This document shows positions 29,401-37,646 of a stretch of 64,000 nucleotides of DNA, piece by piece. The notes under the pieces are model-generated. The model made no database searches, had not been told where the DNA came from, and worked only from the letters and a program-made list of their open reading frames with translations. The stretch's first letter is position 1, and every line of letters begins with the position of its first letter. Both the position numbers and the translations under genes were made by a program. Source of the DNA: a virus; the IMG/VR virus record IMGVR_UViG_3300047170_000049, positions 32,001-96,000 of that record; one strand, given 5' to 3'.

Positions 29401-30348
29401 AAAAAGATTATACTTGGAATCAAAATCACCATGATGTTTAATATGTTCAATAGCTTCAGGTGTTAGATGCCTACTTGCAGCTAATGATTGCATCATCTTT
29501 TTATCATAATGCTTACCATTAGTCCAATTATTCCATTTAGCAGCTTCCTCTGAATCCATATCACCAGGATTATAAATATCCTCTGGTGATTTTTCAGGTT
29601 GACCGCCAAGCATACCTAATTTGGCTTCAACATACGCCTTGCGACGTTCGGGTGGTAATTTATCTAACAAGCCGTTGAGGTCTGAGGAACTGAGACTGTG
29701 TGAGCGTGCTAAGAGTTTAGCCGCTGCATTTTCGTCAAGGTGCTGTGAGTTAGTAATAGACCCAGGTAATTTTTCCGATTCATAATTTTTTGATTGTAAA
29801 AGCTTATCGAAAAGATTCTTGGTCATTGCAGGATGATTGACCATTTGATTAGATATGGTGGCTTGTGGATTATCTAGAATTTGGTCTAAGTGTTGGCTGT
29901 TAAATAAAGGCTGCTTTGTTATATGGCTCAGGTCAACTTTGTTGTCAACATCTGCGCGTTTTGATTTTGCGCCATGCTCTTTAATAATTTTGCTGATTTT
30001 TTCTGGGGAAAGCTTCAAATATTCTATGGCGTTTTCTGCGTTACGCTTATCCCAATAATCATCGTCTTTATTTGTATTTTTAAGCTTCTCAGCTAGAGCG
30101 TCATAAATTTTATCATTATTTGCTGGAGTATCGTGTTGGTGACCCTTTAGCGCACTATAAAATTTAGTAATAGCAGATTCATGGTTATCTTCTGAAGAAT
30201 TAAAAGCGTTAGACAATAGGTCACGATATTCTTGAGGTGTGAAGTGCTCAGAATTAATGTATTTTTGTACTTGTGCTTCCTTTTCAGGATTACTGAGGTC
30301 AGCGCCAGTAAAAACACCATGTATTCTTTTTGTCTTAGCTTTTGGCAT
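26422..30348 (-). CDS. large putative internal virion (polyvalent) protein, 1308 aa
   Basis: HPN-type helical (LRV/HEAT-like) repeats, acidic region, LGWVRF...HVDEVQTD domain, RKAE site then helical APDVY domain. Confidence 0.65.
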   Translation of the reverse strand: MPKAKTKRIHGVFTGADLSNPEKEAQVQKYINSEHFTPQEYRDLLSNAFNSSEDNHESAITKFYSALKGHQHDTPANNDKIYDALAEKLKNTNKDDDYWDKRNAENAIEYLKLSPEKISKIIKEHGAKSKRADVDNKVDLSHITKQPLFNSQHLDQILDNPQATISNQMVNHPAMTKNLFDKLLQSKNYESEKLPGSITNSQHLDENAAAKLLARSHSLSSSDLNGLLDKLPPERRKAYVEAKLGMLGGQPEKSPEDIYNPGDMDSEEAAKWNNWTNGKHYDKKMMQSLAASRHLTPEAIEHIKHHGDFDSKYNLFQNSEVDPKHATEMLSHWDNDDDGKGYALDDFRDRVRDENEDDKWERYSEEAREDAAENYPWKSFISDNYNDDELSNAYFDKSKEDWKKEHLADKYDWNGPNPEYKDGQQNLDPNEEQEPPTIDYANHSNSIGIEDHPEYAKRDAEADKAWQEAIDNEQTPDQLYENYDESINDDVSQRTHDLFENDLENATSQEDWLPNHVVKAIKQPWSKNSTDVTPEQLDQGLKHPLGMVRKEAAKHPNLPPELISKVLADNNNDNYSEEAQEDVMRHNNVRPEHISQVIANPNASKTLKELAIKNPNANAEHLHGALDQAIAKDNDSDIETILDHPNANEEHARKALAATKDSNDTDRYTAKKIFDNKFKLTPDDIQNALSGDNDKLKAEAISHHAATRPQVDSLANHPNEDVREAVQSVYANRFPKNENQVNVKLGTHPLRQLRDYVAANGGQMKKQDFKAAGVNTNAIDKLFGPKGTITSQDIQNHIDAMPATTYNSSIADWEGAQRHSDKKQNVFQMNYTEDQLQQMQKAGVLGTFRKLQEHTFSSGHPVKKNTLGWVRFTGNPGEGFHVDEVQTDLGQSLIKKAAQQAKEAVRTGAITPEQAADAMERAKDNFPEDHLNKIQEIAFNGRHPSEVIHEAFKEHMRNKGLGDTPIHIWQPESKAPISGQQQSIKVHPNRVIEEIDALKEGQGGQGGKAILRWGQKNKIVPSNNKEVTPGHLDQLKEAYTKFHNDYAASHGGEHPDLEVPLPVHMQEGYGKIPKAMKYQEGHYGELPTQDNPEFKGKPTYKDIIRKAEPAPSPISDATKAQLAQTLQNLDQNKMLIEQLRSQAPDVYNAISEIIQSLMTTMKEAQINPDELQAPEQDPNAQPGQEQQAPAQQQQGQAPQISAPKDKPITHGKKVYAPGSERTYGPGNEKIKKPDGSWQSLSTMNDPDEGSQGQPLQQSEKIRPLKELQQDHDELEEKMSHTGNREEDHHDLQALKFQIANHPDNKKKK

Positions 30349-30351
30349 ACA

Positions 30352-31356
30352 TTAGTCTTTCTTCAACAAGGTCATCAAAAGGTTATACTCAGGATTACTT
30401 TGGAGTAACTTCCTTTTAGCTTTGTGACGGGCCATGTGAGCTTTCATACCCTCATCGGCCTTATTCGCTTTTTCTTTAGCGTCATCTTCTGCACTAGACA
30501 TAAGTGCATTGTTTATGTCTTCACTATGGTCTGGGGTCTGGATAGTAGGCTGGACCTGTCCTTGCTTAATATCCGTAGCAATACCCACTAATGAAGATAC
30601 CACATTTACGACCGATTCGTAGATTTCTGGTGCTTCCGTTTTAACTTTATCTAACATTGGCTTATTTTGCTGCACACTTTGTAAAGTCTGCATTAACTGT
30701 TGTTTTAATTCAGGTGGCAAAGCATTCCCAGGTGAAGCGGGTTGACCAGAATCTGGTTGTTGTTGACCAGATTGTGGTTGTATTGACTGGGAAGGGTCTT
30801 GAGCCACGGCAGCGGGTGCTTGTGGCTGTGCAGGTTGTACGGACGCACCTGAAGGGTTTAATTGTGCAGGTTGAGGGTCGGTTGAATTAGTTTCGCGTAT
30901 TAGTTCTGGATTAGGTGTGCTTAGGTCTGAGGCTTCTAGACCTTGTTCAGGGTAAAGCTCATCAGTCTCATCTTCCATGGGCTCTTCATTTTCAAATTCC
31001 ATGTCAGGTTGATAAACTTTAATACCATGGGCATCGTTAGCTTCTAAGTTAGCTAATGCTTTTTCAGCATCTTCTAGTGAGTCGCCTACCCCAATTAAAA
31101 GGTCTTTATCTAATACAATTTTGAATTGTTTTTCAATGTCGTTAAGGGCATCAATATTGTCGATGTCTAATTGTACGACAGTATTGCCTTCGAGCATTGC
31201 TACAACTTCGCCTTGCTTCTGTGCAATGACAGAACGTATTAGGCGATGCAGCATTTCCTTGTGGCGCATAAGCCACTTAGCGTCGGTTATGTTACGAGCT
31301 TCTTCTAGGAAAGGTGCTGATATGATGGCGACAATTTTATTTTCTTCCATTGGCAC
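30352..31356 (-). CDS. degenerate mCpol/GGDEF-fold protein with Q/P-rich linker
   Basis: GEVV...IGVGDSLEDAEKAL...IKVY resembles mCpol; catalytic DGD/GGDE not present. Confidence 0.55.
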   Translation of the reverse strand: MPMEENKIVAIISAPFLEEARNITDAKWLMRHKEMLHRLIRSVIAQKQGEVVAMLEGNTVVQLDIDNIDALNDIEKQFKIVLDKDLLIGVGDSLEDAEKALANLEANDAHGIKVYQPDMEFENEEPMEDETDELYPEQGLEASDLSTPNPELIRETNSTDPQPAQLNPSGASVQPAQPQAPAAVAQDPSQSIQPQSGQQQPDSGQPASPGNALPPELKQQLMQTLQSVQQNKPMLDKVKTEAPEIYESVVNVVSSLVGIATDIKQGQVQPTIQTPDHSEDINNALMSSAEDDAKEKANKADEGMKAHMARHKAKRKLLQSNPEYNLLMTLLKKD

Positions 31357-32365
31357 GACTCATCAATGATTTATAAAGCATCTCTATAGAATCCGTGTCC
31401 CAATCTTCCTTGAATGACATTGAAATGGCTGCGCCTTCAGCTTTAATGACAGGTTCTGATAGTGCTTTGAAGCAAGCGCATCTTACTGGTGTGCCGCTTT
31501 TAATTTCTGACTCACCACAATCTGGGCATGTGCTATTTTGTGACTTGTTAAGGCTCATCTTAAGAGACTTTACGAACGGATTTGGCACTTTAGGCCCCGT
31601 TTGTGGAGCTTTAGCGGCAGTTCCAGGAGCTTTAAGGTTTGGCAGCTTCATCTTAGAAGGCTTAAGGTTGGCATCTGTAGCTGGGGTCTTATCACCCATG
31701 ATGCCAGTCTTAGGTTCTTTTACGCCACCAGCACTACCAGCTTTTGGAGGTGCAGGCATTGCAGGCATCAATCCTGCTTTATCAAGTTCGTCGGTCTTAA
31801 TTGTTAGTTCAGGAGCTTTAGATTCTTTGGAGTGAGCCACAACACGCATAAGGTCATCAACCTTATCGTTAAGCATCTGCATCTGGGTATCATTAAGCTT
31901 TTGCTCTAACTCGTCAATTCGTTCATGTACTGAAGAATCTTCTTTGGCTGATTTTTCTTCTGGTTTCGATTTTTCGCTTTGGTCTGGTCCCATTTGAGAA
32001 TCTTCATAAAGCTCAAATGTAGACATGATGTGTGCAGCAAGTTGTGGCAGTGCTGTAAGTCTAAATTCATGTATGATTTTTCCACCGTCACGGATGTGTC
32101 CGTTGTAAACGTCGGCGGTTTGTTTATTAACTAGAAGAAAGCAATTTTCTTTGAATGGAAGGTCAATCTCTTTATTTCCGTGCTCAGGAATAGGCTTTAA
32201 CTCTTTAATTAGGAACGAAATTAAAGCTTTAGGTACAACCTTCAGACTTGCATGAAGCTCTTGTAAATCCACTACGGATTTCGTAGGGATTTTGTCCAAG
32301 GCTTTCGCCAAGGCTTCGTATGGTTGTTCGCCCATTAGGGCTTTTAGAAGCTTAATCTGTTCCAT
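31337..32365 (-). CDS. putative head protein with C-terminal Zn ribbon
   Basis: CPDC...CAC; LDKA, LNKS, FVKS sites. Confidence 0.6.
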   Translation of the reverse strand: MEQIKLLKALMGEQPYEALAKALDKIPTKSVVDLQELHASLKVVPKALISFLIKELKPIPEHGNKEIDLPFKENCFLLVNKQTADVYNGHIRDGGKIIHEFRLTALPQLAAHIMSTFELYEDSQMGPDQSEKSKPEEKSAKEDSSVHERIDELEQKLNDTQMQMLNDKVDDLMRVVAHSKESKAPELTIKTDELDKAGLMPAMPAPPKAGSAGGVKEPKTGIMGDKTPATDANLKPSKMKLPNLKAPGTAAKAPQTGPKVPNPFVKSLKMSLNKSQNSTCPDCGESEIKSGTPVRCACFKALSEPVIKAEGAAISMSFKEDWDTDSIEMLYKSLMSRANGRK

Positions 32366-32372
32366 GAAAAAC

Positions 32373-32759
32373 TTACTGTGCTACGTTGTTTAACTGAGAA
32401 TCGTCTTGAACTAAGTAGACGCCAACAGTAGAAGCACTGGTCTTCAAAGAATTGAACTGACCTGAACTAAGCTTTGTATAGGCGTTTGGGGAAAGTGCGA
32501 TACCCGTGGTTAATGTGGGTGTAGATGGTACGCTTCCTGGTTGAGTGTAGAAGATTGCGAAAGCTGTGCTGGTAGAGTTATTGTACAACCAAACACTTTG
32601 GCCAATTCCTGGAAGACTCAATCCACCAGAAGCATCACCTAAGTTCATAAGGGAAGGTCCGACTTCAATGGTCTTCTTACCGCCGCCATATTGGTTAAAC
32701 TCAATAGCCTCAATTTGACCTGAGTCAGCGCCGCCTTGTTTAAGTACACGTTTTAACAT
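32373..32759 (-). CDS. putative structural protein
   Basis: Beta-rich; RBS AGGAG after late promoter. Confidence 0.6.
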   Translation of the reverse strand: MLKRVLKQGGADSGQIEAIEFNQYGGGKKTIEVGPSLMNLGDASGGLSLPGIGQSVWLYNNSTSTAFAIFYTQPGSVPSTPTLTTGIALSPNAYTKLSSGQFNSLKTSASTVGVYLVQDDSQLNNVAQ

Positions 32760-32803
32760 TGATAATCACTCCTGGCAAAGATAGTATTGCTTTAATCTAA
32801 TCA

Positions 32804-32834
32804 ATTAAGATTTTGGGTTAACCCTTTGATATTC
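32804..32834 (-). promoter_or_regulatory. late promoter motif copy 6
   Basis: ATTAAGATTT-TGGGT-TAA-CCCTT-TGATAT. Confidence 0.75.
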
Positions 32835-32862
32835 TTAGCTTTTTTATTTATTATTATTTGGC

Positions 32863-32889
32863 TTAAGTTTTTAAAATATAAGCCGAATA
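32863..32889 (+). promoter_or_regulatory. sigma28/FliA-like promoter
   Basis: TTAA-GTTTTTAAAATATAA(15)-GCCGAATA. Confidence 0.65.
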
Positions 32890-32910
32890 GTCATATAGAC
32901 GGAGGGTTAT

Positions 32911-33177
32911 ATGAACAACCAAATAAAAGTGGCATTTGATGTTCGGGCTCTGACAAGTGAAAAAGGTCTTAGGACGTTCAAGACGTTCGCAGATTTAGGC
33001 GTACATATATTTATCACGGCACCCAATCGCGAAAGCGAAGAGATTGCCTTACAGTTGGTAGATTTATTAAAAATAAAGGCAGCGGTTGTGACAAAAGGCA
33101 CGTTGCTAACTGCAGATTTATCCATAGATTACGATTATTTAGAAAATGCTAAAACTAATATAGTGTTTAAGGATTAA
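32911..33177 (+). CDS. degenerate HAD-like small protein
   Basis: KVAFDV...ADLSID, similar to 43567..43851; RBS GGAGG. Confidence 0.55.
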   Translation: MNNQIKVAFDVRALTSEKGLRTFKTFADLGVHIFITAPNRESEEIALQLVDLLKIKAAVVTKGTLLTADLSIDYDYLENAKTNIVFKD

Positions 33178-33186
33178 GGAGGGTAT

Positions 33187-33447
33187 ATGGAATTGAATGG
33201 TTTAGCTAACATAAGAATGGTATTGGACGCCGCCAAGGATAATAACGAGGTGACGGAAGAAATCTATAAAACCCTGACTGAACAGGCTGTTTTAATGGAG
33301 CGGTACATGATTGCCCTAAAGCATATCCCAGACATTGCTTGGCATGAAGTTAGGGCTAACCCTGAACTTTTTCCCACCCGTAGGGAAATGCTTAATTTGG
33401 AAGGTGAGCCTTACGCTGCATTCTTTGCGCGACGCAATTCCTTGTAA
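33187..33447 (+). CDS. hypothetical protein
   Basis: RBS AGGAGG. Confidence 0.6.
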   Translation: MELNGLANIRMVLDAAKDNNEVTEEIYKTLTEQAVLMERYMIALKHIPDIAWHEVRANPELFPTRREMLNLEGEPYAAFFARRNSL

Positions 33448-33499
33448 GAAGATTTGGCTTAGTTTGATGGACTCATTCCAAGCCAAATCTGAGGTGGGA

Positions 33500-33883
33500 T
33501 TAGAAGGTCTCGCCGTACAAGAACCAAAATAGGCCAATAACACAACCCATTGCGACTACCGCAAAATACACCCATAATATGCGTGGGTCTACGCCATGGC
33601 GCTTACTGCTTAATTCAACATAAGGAATTGTGCCAGTGTGGTGTAATTGGAATTGGTCTGGGTTAATACCTGAATACTCAACAAACCAACCCCAGTGGTA
33701 TGACTTCCAAAGCTCTGGACGGTAAATGTAAACACCATCAGGCTGGCAGTTGAAGGTCGCTTGTCTCATTAGGCCGATGACGTACTGAGGATAGTGCTCA
33801 AAATAAATCTGGGCTAATTCAATACTTCTTTGCTGTTCGGACTGAGGCAGGTCTTGAAACTGCTTCTTCTGATGCTGAGTCAT
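33500..33883 (-). CDS. hypothetical protein with C-terminal TM helix
   Basis: RBS GGAG; hydrophobic C-terminus. Confidence 0.55.
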   Translation of the reverse strand: MTQHQKKQFQDLPQSEQQRSIELAQIYFEHYPQYVIGLMRQATFNCQPDGVYIYRPELWKSYHWGWFVEYSGINPDQFQLHHTGTIPYVELSSKRHGVDPRILWVYFAVVAMGCVIGLFWFLYGETF

Positions 33884-33954
33884 AGTATTCTCCGTGTTGT
33901 TGTTGGTTATAAAATCACAACACGGGGATAAAACGCAGTCAAGGCCAATTTTTA

Positions 33955-34818
33955 TTATCTTGGTCCTACGTTGCCGCCAGTAGGGGCATTGATTTCGGCG
34001 TCGGGTACGTCTTTCTCCGTGCGATTACCTAGGAAAATGTAATCGGCTTGAACTTGAGCTTGCATTGGCATTTTCTGCATTGAGTAATCGCCAGTGTAAG
34101 CGTTCATCTGTGGGAAGATACGGATTTCGTGCATCATCTGCTTGACGTAAAAATAAGGCTTATATTTGTAACGAACAGAAATTAGTTTGGGTTGGTCACT
34201 TGTGTTATTCCAACCAGGTTGTTTACCACCAGGAATCCACGCAATGTGTCCTTGAGCGTCGATATTGAAATCTTGGCCTTCGGTATAGAACTTACCATCG
34301 GAGTCGGTGACATATTCAATTTCTGAAATTTGGAATTGAGTGCGGTCAATGCCAGTCATCGAGTGGGTGACTTTTTCAAAGTTAGAATGGAAGAATTCTG
34401 CGGGGCATTCGCAAGGAATTAACTTATCGTATTCAGTAAACGATGCAAGTTTGGTCGTGCCCTTGTAGTAGCGATTAAATGTGAGCATCGCACTAGAGCT
34501 ACCGTAGAAACCTGCAGGGATGTATGCTAGTTGTTTAGAGTTGTTTGTAAACACTCCCCAAACTTGTCCAGCGCACATATAAACAAATCCATTTTCACAG
34601 TGAGCGGTGGCGTTGCCATCGAAATCGTGATTATGGGAATGACGAATGTCACCATCAGTAACTTGGCCTAAGACGCAAGGGATTGCCTTGTAGTGCCAGA
34701 ATAATACACCATTTTGAATTAAGAAATTATCTTGACCAATGGAATCGACGGTGACCGCGTTCCAAGGTTCTTCATAATTAATTAATACAGCATTTACCGC
34801 TGGTTTTACATCGGCCAT
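33955..34818 (-). CDS. putative head-closure/neck protein
   Basis: PC...HC.NGF segment, YTEGQDF...W...P...SVRY motif typical of neck proteins. Confidence 0.6.
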   Translation of the reverse strand: MADVKPAVNAVLINYEEPWNAVTVDSIGQDNFLIQNGVLFWHYKAIPCVLGQVTDGDIRHSHNHDFDGNATAHCENGFVYMCAGQVWGVFTNNSKQLAYIPAGFYGSSSAMLTFNRYYKGTTKLASFTEYDKLIPCECPAEFFHSNFEKVTHSMTGIDRTQFQISEIEYVTDSDGKFYTEGQDFNIDAQGHIAWIPGGKQPGWNNTSDQPKLISVRYKYKPYFYVKQMMHEIRIFPQMNAYTGDYSMQKMPMQAQVQADYIFLGNRTEKDVPDAEINAPTGGNVGPR

Positions 34819-34821
34819 TTA

Positions 34822-35466
34822 TTACTCCCAGAAATTTCCAGGCAAGTGCCCTTTGGGTACGTTTTTATTTTTCATACGGTAATCATCTTCCAATTTTGAA
34901 CCATGGAAAGGCTGAGGTTCATTGAAGTAGACTTTACCATCGGGGCCTTGTTCTTTGTTGTACATATGTTGAGCACCAAAGGCTTCATGGGCTTGTTGTG
35001 GATTCATGCCTGCCATTTGATAGTGCTTAATTGCTTCGTTCTTATGATACTCACCAGCCAAGTGATTATTAATATCTTTACCTTGGTCGTAGTTATCTTT
35101 ATGGAAGTTTGAAAAGTGAGCGTGCCAATTAGCAATTTTCTTATGGTTCTCAGGAGTGGAGGCGTGTGGCATGGAGCGAAGCTCTGCATCGTGCTGTATG
35201 GACGAGACGTTGCCCCATTGTGGGTTGAATTGCCTATCGGTAGACTTGTAAAGATTCTCGTGCCAGCTAATACCGTTTTGAACCTTATCCGCCATACCCT
35301 TGGCAACGGCACGGTGAGCGGCTTGTCCTAGGACTCTTAGTTCGCCTGAAGCTTTCTTCAAGGCCATAATGTTTAATCCACCCTTGGTACGGATGTGATA
35401 AATAGGGTCGGTCTTGTAAACGCCGACTTGTTCCATAGTGTGAATGTCTTGTTTGTTTAAATTCAT
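34822..35466 (-). CDS. putative head protein
   Basis: TKGGL...AAHRAVA N-domain, LYKS site, His-rich C-domain; after late promoter. Confidence 0.6.
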   Translation of the reverse strand: MNLNKQDIHTMEQVGVYKTDPIYHIRTKGGLNIMALKKASGELRVLGQAAHRAVAKGMADKVQNGISWHENLYKSTDRQFNPQWGNVSSIQHDAELRSMPHASTPENHKKIANWHAHFSNFHKDNYDQGKDINNHLAGEYHKNEAIKHYQMAGMNPQQAHEAFGAQHMYNKEQGPDGKVYFNEPQPFHGSKLEDDYRMKNKNVPKGHLPGNFWE

Positions 35467-35487
35467 ATTTTCCCCTAAAGGACTATA

Positions 35488-35518
35488 ATTAAGATTTTAG
35501 GTTAACCCTTTGATTTTA
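35488..35518 (-). promoter_or_regulatory. late promoter motif copy 7
   Basis: ATTAAGATTT-TAGGT-TAA-CCCTT-TGATTT. Confidence 0.75.
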
Positions 35519-37646
35519 TTGCATCTTTGACGGCTGGAATACCCCATACCCAAATAGAATTAATCAATGAATCAGGGTATTTAGACTGTTTTACCAATTC
35601 TTTGATTTCTTCTAGACGGTATAGTTCAGGGCTTGGGTCTAACTTATATTTAAACATAAGTTCTTTGATGAGGTTTGGGTCTAGACGTAGAATCCAGTCG
35701 CGAAGTTCTTCTGCGACCTTGGGATTTCTAATACGAGGTAGGCCCTGGAACTTAGTTTCATTATTAGAGTTTTGCTTAACGTCATTTTCTACGCGCAAGA
35801 TGTATGGGATGAAGATGTCCGTGTCTTTAGAAGGGTCGAAGGCAAGATTGGCAAAAGAAGACCCGTGGTCAATCATTTGCAAGCCCTTGCCGTTTGTCAT
35901 GACATTACCGCCATGAGAATCAGCTTCGCCTAGGATGTAGAACATGGTGGCTATTTTATGGACAACACCTTCACGGGTGAGTTCGCCAATGAGTGCCTTG
36001 AATTCATGTTCGTCATCTTTTTCAAGGTCTTGCGCTATCTTGTAATCGTCGGGTAGCATTTTGATTGCTACGGCATAGTGAGGCTTACCATCTTTTTGGA
36101 TTTCACCCATAACTGAATGTGGAATGTAATCAACCAAACCAAACACACTATGGGCTAGTTTATAGAAACAGGCTTCTTTAATGAATTGAGGGCCAGTATC
36201 TTTTAAAGACTTAACACCAGGCTTATTCTTAGGTTCGAGTTTTAAGAGCCATGAGTCTTTAGGTTCGTCGCCGACGATAAAGGAATCTGTGGTGAAATGG
36301 CCATAGTGACTTAGGTCATGAATCTTCTCGTCACGGATTAGCGAATTGATATTTTGTGTTGCTACTATGGAGTAATCATCTTGAGTCAGTGGCTTAAAGA
36401 ATTTAATGCCAGCAAACTTTTGTTCAATCTTTTCTAGAAGACCTTCTTCTTTAAGGAAGGAGTCCAGGCTCGAACCTAGATGTTTATTTTCGTTCTTTGT
36501 CATCTTAGGTTTAGCATCGGCAACTTCACCGTAATTATGTATGTTGCCTTTTGCATCACGTTGTGGTTTAGTCTGAAACTTCAGATTTTTAGAGTTGATA
36601 TTGAAACTTGCAGTGGGATGGCCAACAACAATTTCATTTTCATGCGAATGGGGATGTTCTTGGCCTTGGACGGTCATGTGATGACCAGAGTGAAGGACTT
36701 GTTTCAGTGGCACCCATTTGGACATTACCACCCCATGATTATCTGGTTGACCTTCAATATGCCCACGATTATATGCGAACCTCGCTGCCATTTCTGGGTC
36801 CGTTGTCCACGACGTTAAGTGTGCTGTGGGTAATTTTATTTTTTTATCGTCAACCTCGTTAGTTTCGGGGTTATGACCTACTGCATCTTTAATTGCTTTG
36901 CCATAATGCCCACCGACCCCACGATAAAGTTTGACATGAGGCTCACCATGAAAATAACGTTTAGGTGTGAATTTATCTTGCATTATTTCAGCTTGAACTT
37001 TTTTAGCGTACTCATCTAGGTGAGGAAGAACATCAGAGGCTTGCATGAATTTATTGGGGTACTCAAATTTAGTATTTTTTAAATGTTCTAAGGTTTCTTT
37101 GTCATGACCCATCAATCCATCAGGGTTGAGATAAGCTTCGTGACTATTGGCAGATTCGCCACGGTGGTCCGTTACCGTTTCAGGTTGACCCGTGAAATGA
37201 GACTTAATGGTCGCGAAATGACCAGGGCTAACCGCTCTTTCGTAGCTGGACCAAAAATTCCCAACCTTCTTCATGTTTGCCAAGGCTTCATCGGGCGCAA
37301 ATTTGGGATGGGTTTGTATTGCGTTGGTGACGTACTGGTCTTCACGACCTTCGTGACCCACACGCCTTAGTGTGGCAGCATCAGCATGCTTAGGGATGTG
37401 TCCAGCGTATTCAAATAGAAACGAATTGAGATTATCTTTTTGATTAGGACGAGTCTTAAGATGGTCTAGGACTTTGTGAACTGCAGCATTAGGCATACCT
37501 TCGCCGCCGTCATTGGGATTATTGGCCGAAGGAAGGCGCTGCCAAATGTCGTAGTTAGCTGGCACACGTTTAGCATGCTCAATGGCTTTATCCCAGTCAC
37601 CACGATGGATGGCTTCAAAAGTTGCTTTCTCATTTGAGTCAGACAT
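35502..37646 (-). CDS. multidomain protein: ADP-ribosyltransferase-like + HipA/PI3K-like kinase
   Basis: KLYRGV...TSWTTD...ENEIVV (R-S-E ART); LKLE...KEAC...DSHGGNVM...IDHGSSF (kinase). Confidence 0.75.
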   Translation of the reverse strand: MSDSNEKATFEAIHRGDWDKAIEHAKRVPANYDIWQRLPSANNPNDGGEGMPNAAVHKVLDHLKTRPNQKDNLNSFLFEYAGHIPKHADAATLRRVGHEGREDQYVTNAIQTHPKFAPDEALANMKKVGNFWSSYERAVSPGHFATIKSHFTGQPETVTDHRGESANSHEAYLNPDGLMGHDKETLEHLKNTKFEYPNKFMQASDVLPHLDEYAKKVQAEIMQDKFTPKRYFHGEPHVKLYRGVGGHYGKAIKDAVGHNPETNEVDDKKIKLPTAHLTSWTTDPEMAARFAYNRGHIEGQPDNHGVVMSKWVPLKQVLHSGHHMTVQGQEHPHSHENEIVVGHPTASFNINSKNLKFQTKPQRDAKGNIHNYGEVADAKPKMTKNENKHLGSSLDSFLKEEGLLEKIEQKFAGIKFFKPLTQDDYSIVATQNINSLIRDEKIHDLSHYGHFTTDSFIVGDEPKDSWLLKLEPKNKPGVKSLKDTGPQFIKEACFYKLAHSVFGLVDYIPHSVMGEIQKDGKPHYAVAIKMLPDDYKIAQDLEKDDEHEFKALIGELTREGVVHKIATMFYILGEADSHGGNVMTNGKGLQMIDHGSSFANLAFDPSKDTDIFIPYILRVENDVKQNSNNETKFQGLPRIRNPKVAEELRDWILRLDPNLIKELMFKYKLDPSPELYRLEEIKELVKQSKYPDSLINSIWVWGIPAVKDAIKSKG

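Noticed and set aside
33892-33925. Inverted repeat CCGTGTTGT...ACAACACGG
   Set aside because: Single copy overlapping a weak sigma70-like promoter and RBS, with no U tract; function cannot be assigned
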